NCBI RefSeq assembly: GCF_006345805.1
Contig: NC_043012.1
Span: 4,402,001-4,466,000 of the forward strand
DNA length: 64,000 nt
Direction of reading: 5' to 3'
Source of the DNA: Octopus sinensis
Taxonomy: Eukaryota
Within the stretch, counting starts at the first letter, position 1; every line of letters starts with the position of its first letter. The notes below the pieces were generated by a model. It was not told the DNA's origin. It did no database searches and worked only from the letters and a program-made list of their open reading frames with translations. Shown here piece by piece: positions 41,215 through 55,565 of this stretch. The translations under genes and the position numbers were made by a program.

Positions 41215-43658
41215 GATTAGTTACAGGACTCATTAGAATCTTGGCAGGACTGGCTGACTTGCTCATTGTGTTAGTTGGTCATCTTCTAGGTTTATCTTGG
41301 CTGTTTATAAGTGTTTAAAATTTTACCTGAGGATGGTGGATTTCTGAAATGATGTAATCCAAGAATGTATCAATAAAATGCAAGTGAAACAGTTGTAGTA
41401 AATTTTAAACTCCATTTGTGTTCTTTGATATATATATATATATATAGGTGTGTGTGTGTGTGTGTGTGGGTGTGCCTGCGTACGTATGTGCTGTGTGCCT
41501 TTGTGTCTGTTCTGTGTTTGTCACCCACCACCGTTTGACAACTGCCGCAGTCTAAGGCATGAAACAAGTAAAAGATATCAGCGTGCAGCAAGATCCAGTA
41601 GTGAAACAGAAATAGTGGTACTAATGCCTGACTGAATTATCTCCCTTTCACCTCAATCATTATTTTGTATGAAACCAATGTTATTAGTAGAAGTATAGTG
41701 GTCGATATAAACAGCTTCCTCATCATCATCCTCGTTGTTTAACGTCCACTTTCCATGCTGGCATGGGTTGGACGGTTTGACGGAAGACTGGCAAGCCAGG
41801 CGGCTGCACCAGGCACTATTTGGATCTGGCAAAATTTTTACAGCTGGATGCCCTTCCTAATGCCAACCACTCAGAGAGTGTAGTGGGTGCATTTTACGTG
41901 CCACCAGCACAGGGGTCAGTATGGTGACACTGGCATCGACCATGCTCAAATGGTGCTTTTTACATGCCTCCGGCATGGGAGCCAGTCGGGGGGCACTGAT
42001 GCAGTACCAGGCAGTGGCTTTCATGGCATCTCATCTGAACTGATTGGAAGTGTCATCATGTACATTGTTTTGACCTGTTATCAAAGAGGGGTTGCAGTAA
42101 ATTTTCTGTTCAACACCATGGATTTACTTGTCAATTGTTTGAACTTAACTTTATTGGTTAATATTAGCTAACTGTTGGTTAACTTAACTACAACCATACA
42201 GACATGTGATTTAGATGATTGGATAGCAACCTCATGTTTCTGTGGCCCCGTGAACAAGTGTCTTTTACTGTAGCCTTGTGAATGGAATTTGGGTAATGGA
42301 AATTATATGGAGGTCATTATTATGCATGTGTGTATGTGTGTGTAGGTATGTGTGCACAGATGTATATGTGTGTTTGTGAGTGTGTGTGTGTTCACTGGCT
42401 TTGGTCTGGAGGAATGAGTTGTGGCCATGACTTTCACAGACCCTCCAAGACTGGTGAAACTGACACAGAACTGGTGAGTGGAAGTGAGTCCCTTCCAGAT
42501 GTGGTGGGTGTGCACAGCACATCCATTGAAAATGGCAAATTCATTATAAATATTAATCTTACTCATTAATTTAATCTCAAATCATAATGGAAAACGTTTG
42601 TTATACCTCTGCTTGAAATTTGATGGCAGGTGTCCTGAAATAACACTGCATACCTCACAGTGCTTTGTATCATAATATGGTACCACTGAGGTCAACTTTG
42701 CCTTTCATCTTTTTGGGGTTGATAGGATAATTACCAGTTATGTACTGAGGTCGATGTATTCTACTGGCCCCCTCCCCAACAATTTCAGGTCTTGTGCCTA
42801 TGGTAGAAAGGATTATTGATATGATCTAGCTTAACATATTCACTATTTGTCCTTGAATTTGGGCCATATATGCTTGAGTATGGCAAAAAATTAATGGTGA
42901 AGGATGTACGACAGCTTTGACAGTGCGGTTGCACATTCGTTTTCGTGACAAGAGGTTGCATGTTTAAATTAATTTAAAATTTCTTAACTAAAACTAATGT
43001 TAGTCATAGCATGGTCTGTGTGACAACAACCATCCCATACACCACTGGTCCCTTCATGTTAAAAAGCAACAAATAAAGATTAATAAAGGATGTATCAGAC
43101 TGAAAAAAGTACTTGAGGTTGATCTGATTAACTAAAACCCTCAAAAGTGGGACCCCCAGCATGCATGTAGTCTAAAGACTGAAACTGGCTGAAGACTAAT
43201 TGGTTAACGTAAACAACTGGTTAATATAAACATTTGGTTAACATCAGCAGTCAATTACCATGAACAGTTGGTTAACAAGTAAGTTAACATAAATAATTGG
43301 TTAACGACAACAATCAGATAACATAAATAATTAGTTAACATCAATAATTAGCTAACATAAATAGTGAACATGTTAAGCTAGATCATATCAATAATCCTTT
43401 CTACCATAGGCACAAGGTCTGAAATTGTGGGGGAGGGGGCCAGTAGAATACATCGACCTCAGTACATAACTGGTAATTATCTTATCAACCCCAAAAAGAT
43501 GAAAGGCAAAGTTGACCCCAGTGGAATTTGAACTCAAAATGTGAAGACATGAAATATCACTAAACATTTCACCCGGCATGCTAACAATTCTGCCAGAACA
43601 TTCGTTTAATGACAATTACATGAGGAAATCAATTTTATCATAAAAATTTCCAACATAC

Positions 43659-44258
43659 CTTTAAAACTTGGCAAAAAGCTATCAATTCCATAGAGATATA
43701 TTGCCAATATTCACGGCAGAAGTGAACTCGTTTTAGCATAATCTCTTTCGTTTTTACACAAACTGCCATAAAGTCACACCATTGCATTCGACAGATTGCC
43801 ATTTGTCCTTGAATTTGGGCCATATATGCTCGAGGGATGCCATGGATGAGATTATCTCCAGAGTAAAGTTTATAGATGGGGGCTTTGAATTCAGCAAGTC
43901 CAATAGTCCAGTTCAGCCCACTTCCTTCACAAACCAAAGCATCAGGGGAAGCTCCAACATAACCAGCTAACAAGTCACTCTCTTGTGGAACCCAAAATCC
44001 AGTTTCATTTGTTTTACAGCCAGTTAAGAGTTCGTAAGCTTCTCCAATGATTTTTTCCATTTTAATTCCATGACTCATATTTCGTGTTTGTTCATTTTCT
44101 TCTTGGTAATGCTCACTGTCTACTATTAGGGAGACAAAAAAATCGTAGGGCTTGCCTCTGCCTAGACCAAGTGCTTCACCAAATTTAGAAGCTGTCAGGG
44201 TTACTTTTTTCCGAGCTTCAAACCATTCTGGAGTTCTTTGCTTCACTTTAACTTCCAT
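43659..44258 (-). CDS. YqaJ-like / lambda-exonuclease family (PD-(D/E)xK) nuclease, main exon
   Basis: MEVKVKQRTPEWFEARK..LTASKFG..HGIKMEK..GASPDAL..LAEFKAP..YMAQIQGQM..WCDF gives the full YqaJ motif set. Acceptor TACAG at 44297-44298 (exon starts 44296), donor AAG|GTATGT at 43658. The ATG at 44258 is an inferred start. Confidence 0.88.
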
Positions 44259-44574
44259 CCTGGTTATTATGAATGGTATGCTTCCTAACACTGGAGCTGT
44301 AAAAGAAAAAAAAACAACAAAAATTAATATGCTTGCCTCAGCATGGCATGTCTGCAATCTAATGACTGAAACAAGTAAAAAATAAAAGATATAAGCATAG
44401 GAGTGGCAGTGTGGTAAGTAGCTTGCTTATGAACCACATGGTTCTGGGTTCAGTCCTACTGTGTGGCACCTTGGGCAAGTGTCTTCCACTATAGCCTCGG
44501 GCTGACCAAAGCCTTGTGAGTGGATTTGTTAGACAGAAACTGAAAGAAGCCCGTTGTATATATGTGTATATATG

Positions 44575-44630
<56 letters not shown>

Positions 44631-45092
44631 ATGTGTGTGTGTGTGTGTGGTGTGTGTGTGTGTGTGTGTGTGTGTATGTTTGTGTGCCTGTGTTTGTCCA
44701 TTGCTTGACAACCAATGCTGGTGTGTTTACGTCCCCGTAATTTAGCAGTTCAGCAAAAGAGACCGATAGAATAAGTACTAGGCTTACATAGAATAAGTCC
44801 TGGAGTTGATTTGCTCGATTAAAGATGGTGCTCCAGCATGGCCACAGCCAAATGACTGAAACAAGTAAAAAACAAAGATGAAGAAATTGATAAATGGATA
44901 AAAAATAGTGTATTTGTGGAAGAGATTTATTTATAGATTGAAAATGGGTGAATCCCTGGAAGTAGAAAAGTGGAAAGGTTGAAAGGCTGCACATAAATTT
45001 ATGATTTAATGGTGGAGCTCTGATTAGAAAACCCATTATAACTGGCAGTAAACATTGTCCTATTGGGGAGTGAAATTTCTGTCTGCAAAGTG

Positions 45093-45272
45093 TTGGGTTG
45101 TCTGGAAAGTTTGTGCCGATTTTTAAAGAAAGAAAAAGATCAATAAATACTTGCCATTACATTTTCAATCAACCAAATACGAACCATTTTGTTGCAAACT
45201 GCGTCTCCATCTTTCCTTTAACTTGAAAATACCCTCTTCCCAGAATTGAGGTGGTTTCATAGCAAAGAAAAC
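45093..45272 (-). mobile_element. Mariner 3' end fragment
   Basis: FFAMKPPQFWEEGIFKL C-terminal motif and a TIR (TTGGGTTGTCTGGAAAGTT on the + strand). Confidence 0.7.
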
Positions 45273-46182
45273 ATCAAGGTATCTTTTTACGTCATCCAAG
45301 GAATTGAAATTTTTACCAGCTGGCAGAATCATTGACACATCAGACTAAATAGTGGCATGTTTTCTGATTCTTTACATTCTCAGTTCAATCCTGCTAAGAT
45401 CAACTTCGCCTTTCATCCCTTTGGGGTCGATAATATAATAAAGTATCCATCAAGTACTGGGTAGGTGGCCGGGTGGGTCGTTGTTATCAATCGATTTTTT
45501 TCCTCCATTCAAAATTATTGGCCTTGAATTTAGCAATGGATTGCATCCTGTTCAGGGGAAATGTTGTGGTCTCAGTCACTTTCACCATGGAAACGAGGTA
45601 ACTGGACTTATGAAAAAAGAAAAAGACGAAATGTAATGAAGCAGTGTGATCGCGGGATTAGGGTGATCACAAAGTCGTGGGTTCGATTCCTTGAGGAAGG
45701 CACTATATTTCACATTACTGCCGTCCACTTAACTGAAACAGAGGAGGCACATGGTTTAGTGGTTAGAGCAGCGGGCTCGCGGTCGAAAGATCGCAGGTTT
45801 GAGCCTCAGACCGGGCGATGTGTGCGTTTATAATCGAAACACCAAGGCTCCACATGGCTCCGACAGAAAGTAATGGCGAACTTCTGATGACTCTTTCGCC
45901 ACAACTTTCTCCTCCTGCATCTAGCAGCTCACCTGCGACGGACAGGCTTCCCGTCCAGGTGGGGAACCTATACGCCAATGAAACCGGCCCTTATGAGCCA
46001 AGCATAGCTGGAGAAAGAACAACAACAAAAACACTTAACTGAAACATGAATGCCAGCCTAGTTCTGGGGTAGCTGTCATTGTAGTTGTCACATCCTAGAT
46101 GTTCTGCTGCTAATCAAGTGTAGGAGGATCATGTGGGTGCGTCTACGTCAGCTCATGACGACATAGGCATCTTAAACATGGT

Positions 46183-46558
46183 GGAGGCGCAATGGCCTAG
46201 TGGTTAGGGCAGCGGACTCGCGGTTTCGATTCCCAGACCGGGCGTTGTGAGTGTTTATTGAGCGAAAACACGTTGTGAGTGTTTATTGAGCGAAAACACC
46301 GGCAGAGATGGTGGTGATCCCTGCTGTACTCTTTCACCACAACTTTCTCTCACTCTTGACTTCCTGTTTCTGTTGTACCTGTATTTCAAAGGGCCGGCCT
46401 TGTCACTCTCTGTGTCACGCTGAATATCCCCGAGAACTGCGTTAAGGGTACACGTGTCTGTGGAGTGCTCAGCCACTTACACGTTGATTTCACGAGCAGG
46501 CTGTTCCGTTGATCGGATCAACCGGAACCCTCGTCGTCGTAACCGACGGAGTGCTTCC
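46183..46558 (+). mobile_element. tRNA-derived SINE family D
   Basis: GGAGGCGCAATGGCCTAGTGGTTAG (A box) and GGTTTCGATTCCC (B box). Other copies at about 49461-49840(+) and 40375-40760(-); related subfamilies at 45745-46035(+), 62547-62858(-) and 9370-9615(-). Confidence 0.82.
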
Positions 46559-47826
46559 AAAAACGGTACGTACTGCCAACCTATTGTCGCTTGTGAATAG
46601 TTGTTGCTGTTTGGTTTGTTGCGATGAGAGAACCATTACACATATAATAATTAAAAGATTGGTATGTGCCATGTATGCCATGGCATAAAGTGAAGAGTTA
46701 AATCATGGAGATGATTGAGGCTTTGCGAATAAACATGTTCCCAGCTGGCTTAAAACACCTTGCCTCAACGAACAAATAAGCAGATTTGATAATTATCTCC
46801 CTTCAATTAGAATCAATTAAACATGTAAATTATATTTTAACAGCGTATGGGATGCTGTTAGCCGCCTCTGTTTCTCCGAGATTGGGAATGTGAAAGCATT
46901 TACTACTTAAAATGGGGTACCAGGAGAAAGTTTCGGTTTTTACGAATGAAGGAATCTTAATTTAATTTTTGGGGTTTAAATTAATATAAAACGTTGATTA
47001 TTTTGAAGCCAATACAGATATAAGACCTATGCTTCTATTTCTCCTTACTGAATTTGATTATTTGTTAACTAAAGAATTTTTGCATGCAACGCCATAAAAC
47101 CTACAAAGATCGATTTTGGTAAAAACGAAAAGAAATGTAAGGGAGACAACCCCGACATTTTAATTGAATTCTTTTGTTGAACTCAACTCATTTGTTTAAA
47201 ACATTGATTTAATGTTTTAAAAATGAAGTGGAGGAGAGGATATTACAATAACATTTATCCATTCTCATCTAACAATTGTTTTGCAAATAAGTTTTATAGC
47301 TTCTCTACGTGTAGCTATTATAAAGTGGACGCAAAGCTAAAGTGTTAAAACGAAATCGTTGGGCGAAATGCCGAAGACCAAACTTGGATCGGTTCCAGTT
47401 TTCAGTAGCATTCGGAAGAATTAATCGCTGATAGCTTCCTTATCTCAATCGACAAGTTAACGACGGAACATTTATGTGGTCGCTCGACCGGTTGACAATA
47501 ACAGTTAAATCTCTCACAAATCAAACTCTATTCTAATATAAAATGAAGGGAAAAATACTTTTAAAAATGCAGTATGGTCACAACGTAAATATTTTCGTAG
47601 TAAGTATACTTCAGCAGAGCTAACCTTGGTTATAAAAAAACAACGACAGCAACTATTTAATTAATCAAGATTAATAAGTGAAACAAAATAACACGCCGCG
47701 AAATATTCTCTGGGAAAGTTATTAACGCACGGAAATAAATTAAAAAACAACAAAAAGGAAAACGAAAAGTCATGCATATCTGAATCCCCAATGTATTTGT
47801 GGCTGTATTACAATAGCAAAGCTTAC

Positions 47827-47960
47827 CTGTAAAAATAAGTTTAGAAACAACTTCGCGATTCTCCGTAAATAAACAAAAACAAATTTCTTGATTATTTTCA
47901 TGAGAATTTTTCAATCTCTCATCTTGAAGAGTTCGACTGAAATTATTTGCAATTAGAGTT
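47827..47960 (-). other. Candidate 5' non-coding exon / promoter-proximal region
   Basis: Strong donor CAG|GTAAGC at 47826-47821 in a repeat-poor, CpG-retaining stretch upstream of the YqaJ acceptor. The 5' boundary is unknown. Confidence 0.35.
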
Positions 47961-49057
47961 ACCTACCATTATTAGACCTATTACCAACCTCATTAAAAAT
48001 ATATTAAAGATTAAAAAAAGAAAAAAAGAAAAAAACAACAAAACTCGTCTGCTAGAATGAATTTCACCATGGAAGTTTAACGATTTATTTCTGAGCTAAT
48101 GAGGTTATTAATTATTTATTTCCCGAAGAAGGCTTGATTGGTATGACCAGCTGGTTTTAACATCAATTGAATGTATTTATAGAGAGTCGTTAGTAAATAC
48201 ACAGCATTGATATAAATCGGTTTGCAAATATAAAACAAAAGAGGTCTAGCTGTCGAGGATCTTGTTTTGATAGTCCCTGCAGAAGCCACAAGTGTTAACG
48301 AGATCTTTACACTAACTTTGAATCTTACGTTTGTCTCCATCGGTACACATTTGGAAGAGAAATCGATCAGCAAAGAACAAAACAGAATACAGAACGAAAG
48401 AATACAGTCATATTAGCCTAGATCTCTGGTTGATTTCCTTGTCAAATCGATAATAAACGGTTCCATATTATTTACATATGAAAGTGTACAATATGAGTAG
48501 TAACAAAAAAAAAAGTGTTTTTGACAAAGGACCTATACCAAAATGTTACCCTTTGTACCCCATATCATACACACACACACACGAAAGCACTCACATACAC
48601 ACGCACACACACACATGCTTACGCACACACGCTTACATATGCACGCGCACGCACGCGCACCACACTCACACAAACACACACACACATGCTCACGCACGCG
48701 CAAGCAATACAGACGCACACACGTACCATGCATGCACGTACACACACACACACACACACACCCACCCAAACGCTCACGTACGCGCACGCTCTCTCTCTCT
48801 CTCTCACACACACACGCTAACGCATGCGCACGCACACACAGACACACGCTCACACACACACACACTGTTATGCAAACCCTAACGTACATTATTTCATAAA
48901 TTCTCATGCTACATAACTTTTAAACGTTGCACTTGACAACTATTATTTTATAGCTATATTTCCTATTATCTATTGATTTATCGATCAGTTTAATTACCTA
49001 TGAGTCTGTTTAACTAGAGACAGTGACTGAGAAAGAGAGAGAGAGAGAGAGGAAGAA

Positions 49058-49088
<31 letters not shown>

Positions 49089-49362
49089 CAGATAAAAAGT
49101 GAAAGAAAGAAACAGAGAGAGGGAGAGAGGGAAAGATTTTAGATATACAGAGAAACGAACAGATCGATAAATCAATAGATAGATGGTATGAAATAAAATA
49201 TAAAACATTAGTTAGAAAGGATAGCTAAAATATTAATTTACACACACACAGACACACAGACACACACACACATACAGATGCAGATACACAAAAACATACT
49301 GATATCCACAGATGTCTCATACATCCTCTCACACACACACACATAAATCATAGATATATGTG

Positions 49363-49404
<42 letters not shown>

Positions 49405-49871
49405 ATATATATATATATGTATGTATATATATATATGTATGTGTGTGTGTGTGTGTGTGTGGAGACGCAATGTTCAAGCGGTTAGGGCAGTGGACTCGTG
49501 GTCATAGGATCGCAATTTCGATTCCCAGACTGGGCGTTGTGAGTGTTTATTGAACGAAAATACCTAAAGCTCCATGAGGCTCCGGCAGGGGGTGGTGGCG
49601 ATCCCTGCTGTACTCTTTCACCCCAACTTTCCCTCACTCTTTCGTCCTGTTTCTGTTGTATCTGTATTTCAAAGGGCCAGCCTTGTCACACTCCGTGTCA
49701 CGCTGGATCTCCCCGGGAACAACATTAAGGAACCACGTGTCTGTGGACTGCTCGGCCACTTGTACGTTAATTTCACGAGCAGGCTGTTCTGTTGATCAGA
49801 TCAACTGGAGCCCTCGTCGTCGTAACCGACGGAGTGCCACGATATATATTATATATATATATATATATATC

Positions 49872-49944
<73 letters not shown>

Positions 49945-50153
49945 TATAATATATATATATAATATATATATATAGAGCAATAAGAAAATGGAGGGGATCA
50001 ATAGGTGGTTCCACCCATTTAATACACTAAGTAATGTAATTGCAATGCAATAAAAACACTTGTGTATTAATAATTGGGTATTCTACCAGCAGTATATTGG
50101 ATAGATATTATCCCTTAGTGGGTTGGATTCACAACCTCTAACTTTCTTGAAGT

Positions 50154-50188
<35 letters not shown>

Positions 50189-50190
50189 TA

Positions 50191-50234
<44 letters not shown>

Positions 50235-52085
50235 ATGTATGTATGTAGTATGTATGTATGTATGTATGTATGTATGTATGTATGTATGTATGTATGTATG
50301 TATCACATTTGTTTTTATTGCTATCATTTATAATACTGAGCTTGATGAATGTGGAGTCAATGATTTAAAAAAATTAATATTTATTATTCAGTTATTATCA
50401 TTAGGTTTTCTTAAACGCACGACACACTTTATTGCCAGTGAAAAAATTTTGATGGCCGACATGTATAAAGTGATAGAAAAGTGTGTTAAAAAATGATATT
50501 TATTTCATGCTCATAAGTATAAATAATTTAAACGGCAGAATGTATATAAAGTACTATTTTTTTTAATTAAAAAAAATGAAGCATGAAATATTTTTTAGAT
50601 AAAAAAAAAAATGTGTTGCTCCGCTTGGGAACTACTGATGTATTACCATCCGTATTTTACAACAAAGGAATTAAATTCCCCTTCACAAGACAACTAAACA
50701 CCTGGTAATTCCACAATAGCGATGCTTTGATTATGCCAGCGTTGCTGAAATTATTCGAGGTTAGATGAAGGAGGCGAACTGGCAGAATCATTAGAAGGCC
50801 GGGCGAAGTGCTTAGCGGCATTATGACCTTCTTTGTTCTGAGTTCAAATTTCGCCGTGGTCGACTTTGCCTTTCATCCTTTCGGGGTCGATAAATTAAGT
50901 ACCAGTAGAGTATTAGGGTCGATGTAATCGACTAGCCCCTCCTCTCAAATTTCAGCCCTTGTGCCTTTAATAAAAAAGGATTATTTAAGGTTATATTAAC
51001 TCGGATATTGAAAGATAAATGTTTTGATTTCTAAAGCATTACAGTATCAAAGAGTAATCAGCCAGGAAACCCCTCTATGTGGCCAGACGACCTGTTAGAA
51101 ATAACAGCTAAATCTCCCCCAAATTACATAATCTCGTCTTGAATATATAAAGATTTTAAAGATAATGTAGCGTCTGATATATTGGTTTCAAATTTTGGCG
51201 CAAGGCCAGCAATTTCAAGGAAGGAGGTAAGTCGATTATATCGACTCCACTGCTTAACTAGTACTTACTTTATCGACCCCAAAAGAATGAAAGGCAAAGT
51301 CTTTCTCGGCGGAATTTGAACTCAGAACGTAAAGACGGACGAAATGCCGCTAAGCATTTTGTCTGGCGCGGTAACGATTCAGCCAGGTTACCGCCGCCTT
51401 GATGTAGTTTCTGGCATATTTCGGATAGAATGCTTTTGATCATAAGATAACTCGATAAGGGGCTCAGCAAGAGGTAAACAGAACGAACTACGAATATGTC
51501 GGCTGACTGTCCAATACTTTATCACTTGATAATTCCCACTTTTGATTATCAACCGAACAGTAGATTATTTAATTAAATGTTCCAAATACCAAGAAAACAA
51601 AAAAAAACAGACAAGAAAAAATACAAGCCAATGAGAAGAGGTGTCTCATTACGAATTCAAACAGTTTTTTTCTCTCTACCAAAGATATATATTAAAATGA
51701 GACCAACTTAATGCCGTTAAACTAAAAGTGTAACGATTATGCTGTGGAAAATAAACAAACATAAAGTACATCTTGTTCCCAAGTCACCTAAATATAAAGA
51801 TTATCTCGTGGTTGGAGGTTAAGCACCACTCACTCTCAAATTAGATATCAGATATAAACCAGAAGCTAGCTGAAATGATGTGTAGCGAGGTCTCTATATA
51901 CGAACATAATCTATTATTGGAACCCTGTTCATTAATCAAATTGTTCCTTACATGTGCAAATGAAATACATATAGGATAAGGACAATTCGTTCCAAGCCAT
52001 ACTCAGATTCCAGATAAAGGCATGAAATGATGTTTTATTGGTCCATTCATCAATAGCAAATGTATAGATATATATACGGTTGTGC

Positions 52086-52143
<58 letters not shown>

Positions 52144-53940
52144 GCGTGCGTTTTCCCTTCTCTTATATCGATCCATGGTAATGTTTTTAGTAAAAAATTT
52201 GAGAAAGCAGCATAACATGCGTACAGGGACATTAACGAACTGTTTATCCTCGCTCTTGTAGCCACTTACACAACTGCAACTTCTACTTATCGTTCGTTGT
52301 TCAAACATCAGCTCGTTCGCTGAATATAATTTCCTCAGAAAACCGGTTCGCTATACAATTTGTTCAGTTAGCGTACCGTTCATGTATGTTCTCTCAGTAA
52401 TACGCGTACGTAGTTCACTCGTGGTTTGTCCAGCTTTCAACTCACTCAGCGATTAGGCTTCCAGTAACTTATGCACATGCGTAGTCTGTTCATAGTTCGT
52501 TGATCAATTTACAGCTTGTTATGCAAGTTTAATTTTCCTAAGAAAAACCGTTCGCTATTCAATTTGTTCCTTTTTAGAACCGTTCATATATGGGTACCCA
52601 CTCTGCTTATATTTAATGTAGCAATGTTCGGGAATCTGACTGAACAGTGTGTAAATATTCCTTTCTACTATAGGCTCAAGGCCTGCAATTTGGGGTGGAA
52701 GTAGATAGTCGATTACATCGACCCCGGTACTCTGTTTGGTACTTGTTTCATCGACCCGCAAGAATGAAAGGCAAAGTCAATCAGGGTGGAATTTAAACTC
52801 AGATTGTAAAGACAGACGAAATCTCGCTAAGCATTTTGTTCAGCGCGCTAACGATCCTTCTTGCTCGCTTTCACATTGTGTCAGTATTAAAGGTTGACTT
52901 TTTTTTTATCAGGTTTCTCTTTGGATCGGACTGAAATATACCAGCAGGAAGCAATGTATTGTGGAGCATGTACCTTGAGTTCTAGGAAGGCATTGTCGAT
53001 TCGATTGACTCCAATGCCTGATGGGAACTAACGTTGTCGATTCGGAAGGTGGAGAATATATGTTAAATAGTGTACTTGTGGTTGTTGAAGATAAAATATT
53101 GCAAACAACCATAGTGGGTTGGTTTACCCGTCAGTTCTAATATTTGTAAACAATACTGGATAAGCTAAAAACAAAATCGAAGCTATTGAACAATTGTCGA
53201 AATGACGAATCTAAATTCTTTTCAGGTATGTATCACTGAGATGTATATGAACAGGGTTTCTAGATGCTTGGAATGTCTGAACGCAAAATTCAGGATTGTT
53301 TTATCATTCGCATGTCAGAATAAGGCATTCGGCACGCTTTTGTTATTGATTAAGCAACGCATTTTACAAGCAACAAAGGTAATTATGGATCAATCAACTG
53401 TATACAACACAAAGCAGCTAAAGTGAATAGGTAATGCCAGTGCAAAACCATTCAATTTTCTTTTATGAACTCAACCGATGTCTAAATGCATATGAAAACA
53501 AAGTTTATCAACGATATAAAGGTCCCGCCCGCCAGAACTTGAACAGTTAGAAAACAACGTTGTTCTCTTTGTTTGGTTTGACAATGTCGAAAACAAAGAT
53601 ATATCGAAATCCGACATAATGAAATATCTCTCATCCAATAGCATGAACTTCTTTGATAAAAAAATCACTCAATGCTTTTTTCAAATCCATAACTATCTAT
53701 TGTACCCGACGATTTTAAATGCATAATGGATGCCATGAAATCACGCCATTTTAGTGAATATATGCATGACGGAAAAATGACGGAAACGAATCTCAACTTT
53801 GCAATGTAGATTTCTGGCAATCTCGCACACACACAGATGCGCGCACACATATACAAGCACACACACACGCATGCACACGTATATGCATGTATAAATATAT
53901 ATATTTCTCTGTGTGAGTGTGTGTGTGCGCGCGCGAGCGA

Positions 53941-53999
<59 letters not shown>

Positions 54000-55022
54000 A
54001 ATGTCGGTGCCCCAGTATGGCCACAGCTCATTAGCTGAAACTGGAAAATCAAAAAAATAAAAAAATATATATAATCATCGTTTAACAGCCGTATTTCATG
54101 CCGGCATGAATTCAGCCATTGAAGTATTGATATTACATTTATTCTTTCATTACGATCGTTTCAACAACATATGCTTCAGACACATTATGAATATGAATAA
54201 TGATTATGTAATATTACAACATATATGTGACTTATGAGTTTTGTATGATAAAGTGACCATATAACACCTATGATATGCTGAAATATTACATAATCATTTT
54301 TCCTGTTCATGATATTGTTTCAACCGTGTATTAATGAAACGATCGTAAAGAGGGAGTAAATGTAAAACTAACATCTCCATTTTGTCCAATGCTTTAAGGA
54401 GTCTGTCAATGAATGATAAAACACAACACAAAAATACTAAGAAAAATAAACAACAAACAATATCCCTTATTTTTTAAGGATTTTCCTGTTTTTATTTGAA
54501 ATGTTTAGATAAACATCAGATTGCATTTTTTTTATTAGTGTTCCTTTTAAGAAATTTAAGTCTTTCATAAAAAAAAAAATGTTAATTCTTTTATAACTTC
54601 GGATGTTTCTCGATGATTGTCTGACACAACTTTCATTACAATTCCATGCAATTCTTCTTTCAGAACAAAACCTCATCTTCTATTTGGTCATGGTCATGGT
54701 CGTAGTAGTAGTTGTCCATTTGGTCGTCGTCGTAGTAGTAGTAGTAATAGTAGTAGTGGTGGTAATTGAGGTGTGGTGATAATTTCTTGCAATTCCTTTG
54801 ATTTAGAAGAGGATAAAACATAGAAAGTATAAGGCTGACATCCTCGTGTATTTCTTTGAATCCTGATTGGCTGGAACAGAGAATAAATCTGCTGTTGTAA
54901 TAAAATACAAGATGCAATTAAAAAAAATAATATTTTGAACATATGAATAGTCTTAGAACTTAATACAGATAATTCTCTCCCCGCCCCTCTCTTTCTCCAT
55001 ATACACATACATAAACGCATAC

Positions 55023-55087
<65 letters not shown>

Positions 55088-55116
55088 CATGTATATATAT
55101 GTATGTATATATATTT

Positions 55117-55565
55117 AATTAGTCAATTTAGGGTAGCAAAAAAATTCAATAGAAATCTATCGCTACCAGCGGCCTGGTGGAAAAGAGAAAATAGTCATCG
55201 ACTAAATATATAAATATAACAATTTAGGAGTGACCCTAACAGGTCATTCGTCCACCAGAAAGAGCAGCCATAACTCACACCGCCAAGTAGTAGTAATTCA
55301 GAAATTAGGTGAAAATTTAAAAACATTTACCCTAATTCATCTTTTAGACGTTGCAACGTTTCTGTGTCATTAATGATTAAATTAGCTTAATTAAATTAAA
55401 TTAAGCCAATCTACCATAGGTTACACTTCATCAGTAAAAAACCTGGGAGAGACAAATATACACGAGGCGTCTGTATCGATGCCTACGGAATATCTGTCTT
55501 AAAATTTTCAAGACTGACGTATTCGCGCCAAACTTATCAGCAGTAAATATAAACTGCCGATTCAA
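55117..55565 (-). repeat. Inverted, near-complete copy of the 472-bp unit
   Basis: Reverse complement of roughly 55729-56172. Confidence 0.95.
55340..55441 (-). ncRNA. Type I hammerhead ribozyme motif (copy C, inverted unit)
   Basis: Reverse complement of copy A: TCATCAG at 55428-55434, TTTC at 55359-55362, GAC at 55347-55349. Confidence 0.77.

Noticed and set aside
41320-41360. CTGAGGA...GAAA followed by AATAAA, like a Penelope pLTR hammerhead remnant
   Set aside because: No stem III or valid cleavage triplet can be drawn; at best a dead remnant.
46183-46250. tRNA-like A/B boxes
   Set aside because: These are SINE heads without a full cloverleaf; no true tRNA gene was found.
52328-52592. 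~60-bp imperfect direct repeat (AAAACCGTTCGCTAT..CAATTTGTTC) about 203 bp apart
   Set aside because: Only two degenerate copies with no further structure; nothing supportable.
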